Shown one piece after another: positions 19,109-27,377 of a stretch of DNA of 31,125 bases. The stretch comes from a virus (taxonomy: Duplodnaviria > Caudoviricetes). Position numbers and translations under genes: made by a program. The notes under the pieces are model-generated. The model did not search any database. It was given only the letters and a program-made list of their open reading frames with translations, and had not been told where the DNA came from. The stretch lies in the IMG/VR virus record IMGVR_UViG_3300032221_000192, positions 1-31,125 of that record. One strand, written 5' to 3'. Each line of letters starts with the position of its first letter. Position 1 is the stretch's first letter.

Positions 19109-20914
19109 ATGTATGATATTTTTTATATTTCTAAAGAAAAGAATTTTAATTTTTTAGATATTCAAAAAAAGATTCCTTTATTAAAGATAGCCAAATATAT
19201 TGATAAAAAAGAAGAGGCATTTTTTTACGCTCAAAAAAAATCTCTAACTAATTTCTTTTGGTTAATAGATGACGAATTTAAAATCAATGATGATTTTGAT
19301 TTTAATTATGAAGTTTCTGAATGGGATCAAACTTACGTTCATGTGTTTAAGCAGAATAACGGATACTACGGTGGACTTTATCTATTTCCTAAGAATTATA
19401 AAATAACAAATAAAGAAGCAGAATATAATTTCTTTATTAATAGAAAAGAAATAGACCAACCCGCTGGATATTATCCTCCATTTGACATAATTTTTATAAG
19501 TTATGATGATCTAAACACTGACGAAAACTATGAAAACTTAAAAAATAAATTCCCTCGTATTAAACGAATGAACATTACTAGAGGTTCTAATCAGGTTTAT
19601 ATAGAAGCTGCTAAGATCTCAGAAACTAGAATGTTTTGGTTAATAGATGGCGAATTTAAAATCAATGATGATTTTGATTTTAATTATGAAGTTTCTGAAT
19701 GGGATCAAACTTACGTTCATGTGTTTAAGCAGAACAATAGTAATTATGGTGGACGTGGACTTTATCTATTTCCTAAGAATTATAAAATAACAAATAAAGA
19801 AGCAGAATATAATTTCTTTATTAATAGAAAAGAAATTGATCAAGTTGTTGGATATTATCCTCCTTTTGATATAATTGTTATAAATTTCAACGACTCAAAA
19901 TCTAATGAAAATTATGAAAAATTGAAATCTAGATTCTCCCATACTAAACAAGTATATGAAGTAAGAGATATGCATCAAGCTCACGTAGAAGCTGCTAAGA
20001 TCTCAAAAACTAGAATGTTTTGGCTAATAGACAGTGAATTTAAAATCAATGATGATTTTGATTTTGAATATAAAATTCCTGAATGGGATCAAAAATATGT
20101 TCATGTGTTTAAGCAGAATAACGGATACTACGGTGGACTTTATCTATTTCCTAAGAATTATAAAATAACAAATAAAGAAGCAGAATATAATTTCTTTGTT
20201 AATACAAAAGAAATTGATCAAGTTGTTGGATATTATCCTCCATTTGACATAGTTTTTATAAGTTACAATGAGCCAAATGCTGATGAAAATTATGAAAAAT
20301 TAAAATCTAGATTCCCACACGTTAAACGGATACATGGAGTTAAGGGCATACATCAAGCTCACGTAGAAGCTGCTAAGATCTCAGAAACTAGAATGTTTTG
20401 GGTAGTAGATGGTGATGCTATAATTGATTCTGATTTTAATTTTGAATTAGAAGTTAATCAATGGTCTAGAAATACAGTATATGTACATCAAAGTAAAAAT
20501 CCAATAAACGATCTTGTTTATGGATATGGAGGAGTAAAATTTCTACCTAAAGAATTAGTATTATCTATGGATATTAATTCAGTTGATATGACAACGTCTA
20601 TTAGTAAAAGATTTAATTCTGTTCAAAAGGTTAGTAATATTACTTCCTTTAATACAGATCCGTTTAGTACTTGGAAATCAGCATTTAGAGAATGTGTAAA
20701 ATTATCGAGCAGAATTATTGAAGGTCAAGTAGACAATCAGACACAAAGAAGATTGGATATTTGGTGCTCCGTTGGCGAGGATAGACAATACGGTGAGTAT
20801 TCTATAAAAGGAGCTATAGCTGGCAAAGAATTTGGAATAAAATATGCAGAGGATACAGACATGTTAAAGAAAATTAATGATTGGGAGTGGTTACAAAATG
20901 AATTTAGAAAGTGA
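19109..20914 (+). CDS. Glycosyltransferase-like protein: three truncated/degenerate GT-A half-domains followed by one complete GT-A domain
   Basis: The final domain has FDIVFISYNEPNA, HGVKGIHQAH, VVDGD (DxD), YGYGGVK and WKSAFRECVKL. The three preceding units of 124, 128 and 126 aa have IDDE/IDGE/IDSE in place of DxD. Confidence 0.7.
   Translation: MYDIFYISKEKNFNFLDIQKKIPLLKIAKYIDKKEEAFFYAQKKSLTNFFWLIDDEFKINDDFDFNYEVSEWDQTYVHVFKQNNGYYGGLYLFPKNYKITNKEAEYNFFINRKEIDQPAGYYPPFDIIFISYDDLNTDENYENLKNKFPRIKRMNITRGSNQVYIEAAKISETRMFWLIDGEFKINDDFDFNYEVSEWDQTYVHVFKQNNSNYGGRGLYLFPKNYKITNKEAEYNFFINRKEIDQVVGYYPPFDIIVINFNDSKSNENYEKLKSRFSHTKQVYEVRDMHQAHVEAAKISKTRMFWLIDSEFKINDDFDFEYKIPEWDQKYVHVFKQNNGYYGGLYLFPKNYKITNKEAEYNFFVNTKEIDQVVGYYPPFDIVFISYNEPNADENYEKLKSRFPHVKRIHGVKGIHQAHVEAAKISETRMFWVVDGDAIIDSDFNFELEVNQWSRNTVYVHQSKNPINDLVYGYGGVKFLPKELVLSMDINSVDMTTSISKRFNSVQKVSNITSFNTDPFSTWKSAFRECVKLSSRIIEGQVDNQTQRRLDIWCSVGEDRQYGEYSIKGAIAGKEFGIKYAEDTDMLKKINDWEWLQNEFRK
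19256..20402 (+). repeat. Intragenic tandem repeat, about 3 x 378-384 bp
   Basis: Unit boundaries (FDI codons) fall at 19481, 19865 and 20243. Long near-identical DNA tracts occur three times, e.g. GAATTTAAAATCAATGATGATTTTGATTTT and GGACTTTATCTATTTCCTAAGAATTATAAAATAACAAATAAAGAAGCAGAATATAATTTCTTT. Confidence 0.95.
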
Positions 20915-21509
20915 ACATATTCTATACTGGATGGATGCTATAAGAAATAACGAAAATAGAGATCGAATTCTAGAATGTTTCTGGAAAGGACAAATTAGAT
21001 CAAAAATATGGCTTATAGAAAATCTTAAACCTTTTGTAAAAAGTGCAGTTAAAATAGATATTCACGGAGGGTGGATGGGAGTATTAGCAAGTCTTCTATT
21101 TCAGTCTGACATTTTAATAAGCAGAATTGTTTCTGTTGATATAGATCCGGGTTGTGAAATATCTGCTACAATTATAAATAAACTCGAAGAAATGGAAGGA
21201 AGATTTACTGCTATAACTTCTAATATGATAGACGTAAATACTAATGCAGATGTAATTATTAATACGTCATGCGAGCACATATCACAGACAGATTATGAAC
21301 TATGGTTGAATAATATGCCTAATGATGCTATATTAGTTTTACAAAGTAACAATTATGTTATTCCGGAACATGTAAGAATCGCAAATTCTCTTGAAGAATT
21401 TATTGAACAGAGTCACATTGAAGTTCTTTGGGCAGGAGTCAACTGTTTACCTTTATATAATAGGTATATGATTATAGGAAAAAGAACTGATGATTTCAAA
21501 ATACCCTAG
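20898..21509 (+). CDS. Class I SAM-dependent methyltransferase-like protein
   Basis: Motif I-like IDIHGGWMG, acidic strand II (IVSVDIDP), and DVIINTSCEH. ATG 20898 has GGGAG upstream (the ORF track starts at 20877). Confidence 0.7.
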   Translation: MNLESEHILYWMDAIRNNENRDRILECFWKGQIRSKIWLIENLKPFVKSAVKIDIHGGWMGVLASLLFQSDILISRIVSVDIDPGCEISATIINKLEEMEGRFTAITSNMIDVNTNADVIINTSCEHISQTDYELWLNNMPNDAILVLQSNNYVIPEHVRIANSLEEFIEQSHIEVLWAGVNCLPLYNRYMIIGKRTDDFKIP

Positions 21510-22008
21510 TGGATCTTTATTAGCCTGGCGACCTAATAGTTTAATGGGACATATAATTTGTAAGTTTACTAAAAGTGAATATAGTCATGTTGGCTTACTA
21601 TGGCGCTTTCACGGAAGATATTATGTTCTTGAGGCAATATGGAATAGCGGAGTAAGAGTAAGATTACTGCAAGAAGATCTCCCGGTTATAATAATTCCTA
21701 CAGGGATTAAATGGACCGACGAAATAGAAGGTGTTGCTGTAAGAAAGTTAGGTAGGATGTATCATTTTTTAGATGCATTACGAGTTGGATTGAATATGAA
21801 TCCACACATTTATGATAGTGAAATTTGTTCTCATTATGTTGCACATGTTTTACATAGAGCAGGATTACCAATTCCAGATGATAAACCACTAAGACCTGAT
21901 GATGTTGTTAACTTTGTTTTAGATTTTAATGGAAATAAATCAGAATTAATTACAAATATTGCCGGAAGAAAAGGATTTAAAGGTTGGGTAGATTGGTTTA
22001 AAAACTAA
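21490..22008 (+). CDS. Permuted papain-like NlpC/P60 enzyme (YaeF/YiiX-like amidase or acyltransferase)
   Basis: His before Cys: YSHVGL, then VLEA...GVR, then LGRMY, then ICSHYVA and LRPDD. Confidence 0.75.
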   Translation: MISKYPSGSLLAWRPNSLMGHIICKFTKSEYSHVGLLWRFHGRYYVLEAIWNSGVRVRLLQEDLPVIIIPTGIKWTDEIEGVAVRKLGRMYHFLDALRVGLNMNPHIYDSEICSHYVAHVLHRAGLPIPDDKPLRPDDVVNFVLDFNGNKSELITNIAGRKGFKGWVDWFKN

Positions 22009-22015
22009 ATATTCC

Positions 22016-23101
22016 ATGTTTAAATTTGAAGATTTAAAAAGAATTCACCTGGAAATTACAAGTAATTGTCAGGCATCATGTCCTATGTGTCCTCGCAACT
22101 TTCATGGAGGAATTGAGAATCCTAATCTTGTTTTAGCAGATTGGTCCTTAGATGATTTTAAATTTATTTTTAATGAAGAACTTTTATATCAATTAACTGG
22201 ATTTTATTTTTGTGGAAATTTTGGAGATCCTATACTAAATGATAATTTGATTGATATGGTTTCCTATGCAAAAAATATCAATTCTAATATAGGTATAAGA
22301 ATACATACTAACGGTGGTGCTCGAAAAATTGAATGGTGGGAAAATTTAGCCAATTCTCTTCCTATAAAACATAGTGTTCATTTTGCGCTAGATGGATTAG
22401 AGGATACTCAACATTTATACAGAATAGGAACTACTTACGACAATGTTATTAAAAACGCAACAGCTTTTATTAGAGCAGGCGGCAAAGCAACGTGGACGTT
22501 TATTAGATTTAAACACAATGAACATCAAGTAGAAGAAGCTCAAAAAAGAGCAAAAGAATTAGGTTTTGAAAATTTTATTGTAAAGAATACAACTAGATTT
22601 ACAGGCGGTGTAGAAAAATTTGAAGTATTTGATAAAAAAGGAAATCTTACACATTATTTAGAACCGCCAACTGGAAATGATTTACATAAAAATGATAAGA
22701 TAGTAATCGATGAACATGAAAAATATATAAACCAAACTAAAGTAGAATGTATGGTTTTAGATCAAAAAGAAATTTATATAGATGCTTTTAAAAATGTTTA
22801 CCCTTGTTGTTTTTTAGCTTTACCAACTATGAGAAAACCTCCAGAACATAATCATACTAGTCCTAAAGTTTTATGCGATCAATATTCTCAATATATAAAC
22901 GAAATTAGTGATACTAATGATGCATCTAAGAAATCAATAAGAGATATTATAAATGGGAATGTTTGGCAAAACATTAATTGGCATAAAGATTATTGGGGAG
23001 AAGAAAAAATGTTTATCTGTGCAAGGACATGTGGTAAGACAGAATTAGTTCCGAAAATATCGGAAGAATTTTTAAAGACCACTAAAAAACTTACCATCTA
23101 G
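22016..23101 (+). CDS. Radical SAM protein with C-terminal SPASM/twitch domain
   Basis: CQASCPMC, CGNFGDP, IHTNG and FALDG, then C-terminal C...IYIDAFKNVYPCC...CARTCG. Confidence 0.85.
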   Translation: MFKFEDLKRIHLEITSNCQASCPMCPRNFHGGIENPNLVLADWSLDDFKFIFNEELLYQLTGFYFCGNFGDPILNDNLIDMVSYAKNINSNIGIRIHTNGGARKIEWWENLANSLPIKHSVHFALDGLEDTQHLYRIGTTYDNVIKNATAFIRAGGKATWTFIRFKHNEHQVEEAQKRAKELGFENFIVKNTTRFTGGVEKFEVFDKKGNLTHYLEPPTGNDLHKNDKIVIDEHEKYINQTKVECMVLDQKEIYIDAFKNVYPCCFLALPTMRKPPEHNHTSPKVLCDQYSQYINEISDTNDASKKSIRDIINGNVWQNINWHKDYWGEEKMFICARTCGKTELVPKISEEFLKTTKKLTI

Positions 23102-23636
23102 GATATTTGTTAATTTCTTCTAAAAATTTAACAGGATACAATTGCCAAACAGTTTGATAAGTATTTCTATAAAACACTTCTTTTATTCTTTTTGCTACAC
23201 CTTGTTTTTCTAAAGATGGCATGTATATTCTATGGACTAATCTTTGACTACCTACTTCTAATTCATTTGTAGTAATATATAAATTTTTGTCTATTCCGGC
23301 CCATTTAATACATGTAGGAATAAAGACTTGGGCAGAAATATTTTGATATTCTGTAAAATATTTTTTATTAAAAGTTTTTTTTGGCAAAGCTTCTGGAAAG
23401 GAACAATTCCTTACACATATTCTATAACTATTAGGTCCCATTATATCAAATGTATGGGAAGCCACAGATCCTACTGCTTTATCGTTTTTATATAAAATCC
23501 AAACTTGCCATTCTAATTCATTTTTTAGGCAATCGATCATTTTCTTTTGAGAGGAGTTATTATCAAAACCTCGACGAGATGCTTCTGCATAAAACTCGTC
23601 GAGGTTAAGTTCGTTAGACCAAGGAATAATTTTCAT
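23091..23636 (-). CDS. GNAT-like (acyltransferase-fold) protein
   Basis: WQVWILYKNDKAVGSVASH...SYRICVR and KNLYITTN follow the GNAT strand pattern, and the size (181 aa) fits. There is no canonical acetyl-CoA motif, so the call is tentative. Confidence 0.45.
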   Translation of the reverse strand: MKIIPWSNELNLDEFYAEASRRGFDNNSSQKKMIDCLKNELEWQVWILYKNDKAVGSVASHTFDIMGPNSYRICVRNCSFPEALPKKTFNKKYFTEYQNISAQVFIPTCIKWAGIDKNLYITTNELEVGSQRLVHRIYMPSLEKQGVAKRIKEVFYRNTYQTVWQLYPVKFLEEINKYPRW

Positions 23637-23652
23637 ATACTATATATGATTA

Positions 23653-25911
23653 TTATCCTCCAAATTTAAGTCGAAATGATTTACTAACAGCAAATTTGTT
23701 ATATAAATGTTTTGCTGCTCCGCCTTGTAAAGAAGAAGTATCACTGTACGGATCAGTTGGACTACCTTCATATATTTTGTCAGTTGCATTGTTTAAAATG
23801 TAGTCTTTAATTTGAACTGGAGTTGCCTCGGGATATTGTTCGAGTAATAAAGCAACTACACCTGCTACTTGAGGAGCAGCCATAGAAGTACCGCTTAATA
23901 ATCCTTGTTTAAAGACAATACTATTTGGTGTTGGAAAATAAGTGTCTATACTATCTGGAAAAAACTCGTATGCATTAATCCATGACATTGCACTTAAAAT
24001 AAATGTTCCCGGTGCATATATATCAACTCCAGGACCATGATTAGAATAATTAGCTCTTTTATCTAATGTCGCACTATATGAGAGGGTATCAGTTGATCCA
24101 ACAATAAATGCTTCGTCGTCATAAGGACTAGATCCTCTGTGATAATAAATATTACCTACCCCGGTTTGTGTAAAATAATTATTATAATCTAGTCCAGACG
24201 GAATATCAATTTTGTGACCATTATTTCCAGCAGAAATAACAACATGTATACCTTCATCGATCATTTCTTGAATATCTATATCTACAGTGTTTACTCTAAC
24301 AGGACAGTTAAATCCATCGATTGGAGTCATACCATATGCCGGATTTGGTGCTGTTCCTACCCAAGGAGTTCCTCTGTAATTACCGCCAGTAATTCCTAAG
24401 TATACAGTTTGGAAGTTAAAGCTTATATTTACTACTGTTGGATTTTTAATTCCGGTAATTGGATTTACGGCCTTTAAATTATGCCAATTTTTAACTAGAT
24501 CAAAAGCATCACCAATTGGAAGTCCAGTACCTGGATCAGTTGGACCCTCTAAACCTTCAATTTTCAATGCATATATGTTAGCATTTTTAGCCCAACCAAA
24601 AGTTTTACCTGCTGCAATACCTGCTACATGCGTTCCATGTCCGTCTGTATCGTCGCCAATTGATCTTTTATTACTTGGAGCTAAACCACAGAAGAAATCA
24701 AAAGGAGTATTAAATTCATGTACAGATTCATCTGATGCATTTGTTCCTGTACTATTACTAGCTATTTCAACTAAACTACCTACGCCTCTTTCTGTTGCAA
24801 CACCTTCTACAATGTTCCATGTACTTCCTGCTTGTTCTAGATGATAATCTGTATTATCGTCTCCGTAAACATTCCAAGTTAATCCAGCATCACTAGATGC
24901 TAAAACACAGCTTCTTTGTACAGAACCATTTATTAATCTTTCATCTTCAAAAATACTTAATTCAATCGATCTTGTTGAATTAATTGGTTCTGAATTTTCA
25001 GATAAATTTATTCTCCATTCTGCTTCTAAAGGTTTGTCATGACGTACTGCTAAGATTTCAATTAAATTGTCATCAACAAATCTACATTCCCAAATTAGAT
25101 CAACAGGTGAAGATGGATTTTCTAGGAAAGTATTTCTATCAACCCATCCTTCATATCTTACTCTGTAACTTTTTCCGCTGTCTTCTGCACCACCATAGAT
25201 GTTATTTTGAGCAGGATCCTGTTTAATACCTTCACTATAAACGATAGCTCCTAGAACAAGGGAACCTCCTAGAGTCTGAAATGAATAATCCCAGAAAGCA
25301 TTAATTATTTTTTCAAAATTAATATAACTGTTTGATGAAACAGAAACATATGGTGCTGTTTTTAAATTTACAGGCCCTATAGTTGCCATACCTGCTTCTA
25401 CATACCAATCAATGATTTTTACTCTTGATTCATTATTTTTATAACTTGTAAATTCTGGGTGTTCAGCCATCAACCCACTATCCATAACTACAATATCTAC
25501 ATTTGTTCCTTCTAAAACAAATTCATAATTTGATGGAGAAGTAGTATTTAAACCAAAGTTATTAGTCTGAGAATTACATCTACTTAATCCCCAATTTTGA
25601 AAGTTTCCAGAAGGACTTGTAACCTTATCAAAATTTCCTTCTTGTATAAGATTCTTTTTAATTTGAATATCTTTTCTCTGTCCGGGAGGAATTTCAACAC
25701 AATATATACGAGAGTCTTGTCTTAGTTTATCTGCTTCTGCATCTGTTAAAGCATAATGGCATTGACGAATACTACCAAGGCGTTCGTTTACTATTTCTAC
25801 TTCGCGATCAGGAACATATGTTAATCCATTAGTTGGATTTTCCATTTCAGCCCAGAATGTGTTAAAATCAACACCTCTTTTTAGACCAACAACGTATTCT
25901 TTAGTTTGCAT
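23653..25911 (-). CDS. Subtilisin-like serine protease (peptidase S8) with N-terminal propeptide and a large internal insertion
   Basis: Catalytic motifs in order: VVMDSG, DGHGTHVAGIAAG, ISAGN (oxyanion N) and SGTSMAAPQVAG. RBS GGGAG. Confidence 0.92.
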   Translation of the reverse strand: MQTKEYVVGLKRGVDFNTFWAEMENPTNGLTYVPDREVEIVNERLGSIRQCHYALTDAEADKLRQDSRIYCVEIPPGQRKDIQIKKNLIQEGNFDKVTSPSGNFQNWGLSRCNSQTNNFGLNTTSPSNYEFVLEGTNVDIVVMDSGLMAEHPEFTSYKNNESRVKIIDWYVEAGMATIGPVNLKTAPYVSVSSNSYINFEKIINAFWDYSFQTLGGSLVLGAIVYSEGIKQDPAQNNIYGGAEDSGKSYRVRYEGWVDRNTFLENPSSPVDLIWECRFVDDNLIEILAVRHDKPLEAEWRINLSENSEPINSTRSIELSIFEDERLINGSVQRSCVLASSDAGLTWNVYGDDNTDYHLEQAGSTWNIVEGVATERGVGSLVEIASNSTGTNASDESVHEFNTPFDFFCGLAPSNKRSIGDDTDGHGTHVAGIAAGKTFGWAKNANIYALKIEGLEGPTDPGTGLPIGDAFDLVKNWHNLKAVNPITGIKNPTVVNISFNFQTVYLGITGGNYRGTPWVGTAPNPAYGMTPIDGFNCPVRVNTVDIDIQEMIDEGIHVVISAGNNGHKIDIPSGLDYNNYFTQTGVGNIYYHRGSSPYDDEAFIVGSTDTLSYSATLDKRANYSNHGPGVDIYAPGTFILSAMSWINAYEFFPDSIDTYFPTPNSIVFKQGLLSGTSMAAPQVAGVVALLLEQYPEATPVQIKDYILNNATDKIYEGSPTDPYSDTSSLQGGAAKHLYNKFAVSKSFRLKFGG

Positions 25912-25930
25912 TATGATTGGCTCCCGTCTC

Positions 25931-27313
25931 TTATATTAAATCAACCCAAGCACCGTTTTCGTAACCTTGGAATTTATCAGTTGTAGTATTGTATATCATA
26001 TCACCATTTTGTGCAAAAAGTGCATCTCTCTCACTAGTAGTAAATCTTGCTAGTCTAAATGGTGCATTAGTTATTATTACAGCATTTCCTGCACCTAATT
26101 TTAAATCTAGAGCAGCAATTAACTCTGGAGATCCGGTTGAGCTTGATGTTAGTTCTTTAACATCAATGCTTCCTTCGATGATAACATCACTTGTAAATCT
26201 AGTTAATTGATTAATAGATAAATCAGAACTATCAGCAGTTGATATTGATGCACTACTTAAAATAATTCCGCCACCTATTATAGTATCGGAGGTAACTGTT
26301 CCTGTAATGCCATCAATTATTAGGGAAGAATCGTCAGCAAAGAATGATCCTTGAACCCCACCCGCAGTTAATGTTCCTGATATTTTAGCATTACCTAAAA
26401 CGTCTAATTCTGAAGTTGGAGTAGGATTATTTACGCCTAATTTACCGGTAGAATTAAAAACTAGGTAATGTGTACCTGTACTACCGAGTGTAGCTAATGT
26501 AATCTTTCCTGGAGTAATACCAGGAACAACAGTTCCTTGATTATCTACTTGTAAGATAATTGTTGAAGAAAGGTTATAATTTAATCCATCGTGCCCGTAA
26601 GAATTTAAACTATATAAGCCATCTCCGGGTTGTACAGAAGTTGGTGATGTAAAAGTTCCTCTTAAACCAAAATTTTCATATTTAATTGTGTTTAATCCAC
26701 TAGTGATAACATAATTTTGTTCTAAAGAAACAGAAATATCGTTCCAAAATCTCTGAAGAGTAACATAAGGTGTAAGTCCTGTAGCACTGTCTCCACCTAT
26801 TTTTATTCTGCCATAGGGATTACCGTTACCTGATGTTAGATTAGGTACAACTGTTATGGTATTATTTGATAGAACAATATCACCGTTGCTTAGTATATTA
26901 TTTTGAGCATCGACTAGTAAAGTAGAATCGTTAGCCCAAACGTTGCCGTATAAATCTCCTTCAAAATCCCCCTGAAGATTACCAAATATATTTCCTGTAA
27001 CATTACCAATAACGTTACCAAAATGCGTACCAGTTGTGTTACCGTTTACGTTACCTGTTACATTACCTATAAAATTAGTAGCAGTTATATTTCCATTTAT
27101 GGAAATAGTTCCTGTACCTAAAATATCATTATTATTAAGGTCTAAATCTGCGGTTAATGCTCCACCCGCTGCCGCAACAATATCAACTCCGCCGATAGTA
27201 GTACCGTCACCTACATAAATTCTTTTACTATCTATTACATAGATAAGTTCACCTTCTGAAGGTGTAAAACCGAGTCTTTCGGCATTGGTACCTCGTCTTA
27301 GTCTTAAGGGCAT
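25931..27313 (-). CDS. Tail fibre protein with Mtd/hyaluronidase-type N-terminal anchor
   Basis: N-terminus MPLRLRRGTNAERLGFTPSEGELIYVIDSKRIYVGDGTTIGG; GNxx repeats; KLGVNNPTPTSELDVLG; C-terminal TTSERDAL...GDMIYNTTTDKFQGY. Confidence 0.8.
   Translation of the reverse strand: MPLRLRRGTNAERLGFTPSEGELIYVIDSKRIYVGDGTTIGGVDIVAAAGGALTADLDLNNNDILGTGTISINGNITATNFIGNVTGNVNGNTTGTHFGNVIGNVTGNIFGNLQGDFEGDLYGNVWANDSTLLVDAQNNILSNGDIVLSNNTITVVPNLTSGNGNPYGRIKIGGDSATGLTPYVTLQRFWNDISVSLEQNYVITSGLNTIKYENFGLRGTFTSPTSVQPGDGLYSLNSYGHDGLNYNLSSTIILQVDNQGTVVPGITPGKITLATLGSTGTHYLVFNSTGKLGVNNPTPTSELDVLGNAKISGTLTAGGVQGSFFADDSSLIIDGITGTVTSDTIIGGGIILSSASISTADSSDLSINQLTRFTSDVIIEGSIDVKELTSSSTGSPELIAALDLKLGAGNAVIITNAPFRLARFTTSERDALFAQNGDMIYNTTTDKFQGYENGAWVDLI
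26940..27075 (-). repeat. G-N-x-x tetrapeptide coding repeat (12-bp period)
   Basis: GNVTGNVNGNTTGTHFGNVIGNVTGNIFGNLQGDFEGDLYGNV. A shorter similar run (GNLVGNIVGNITGNVVG) occurs at about 4080-4130. Confidence 0.7.
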
Positions 27314-27318
27314 AGTGC

Positions 27319-27377
27319 GCTCCTGAAATGTAGAATCTGCTTCTTTTATTTATCAAGATTCTATCAGGTCTCAGGAG
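27319..27377 (-). promoter_or_regulatory. Putative late promoter TGATAAATA inside a hairpin that can occlude the RBS of the tail-fibre gene
   Basis: TAGAATCT (27331-27338) and AGATTCTA (27356-27363) form an inverted repeat, extended by CCTGA (27322-27326)/TCAGG (27364-27368). TGATAAATA is at 27355-27347 in the loop and the RBS AGGAG at 27324-27320. Confidence 0.6.

Noticed and set aside
13763-19111. Alternative genetic code (stop reassignment) suggested by in-frame junctions at 13765/13766, 16566/16567 and 19105/19109
   Set aside because: All genes are full length under the standard bacterial code; TAA, TAG and TGA all end complete domains; 13766 has its own RBS; in-frame abutment is expected by chance.
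19256-20402. Diversity-generating retroelement (TR/VR) or CRISPR explanation for the repeats
   Set aside because: Differences between copies affect all four bases rather than only adenines, the repeats are ~380-bp in-frame coding units without spacers, and no reverse transcriptase or cas gene is present.
23080-23110. Bidirectional intrinsic terminator at the strand convergence
   Set aside because: The two genes overlap by 11 bp and no GC-rich stem with a U-tract is visible.
24660-25395. Intein in the subtilisin insertion
   Set aside because: No C/S-start and HN-C/S/T end splicing motifs or LAGLIDADG motifs were seen.
13766-25911. RiPP biosynthetic cluster (radical SAM/SPASM + S8 protease + methyltransferase)
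   Set aside because: I saw no short precursor peptide, RRE/PqqD domain or transporter; the island has no intergenic room for one, and glycosyltransferases dominate. Not strictly excluded if the substrate is a large protein.
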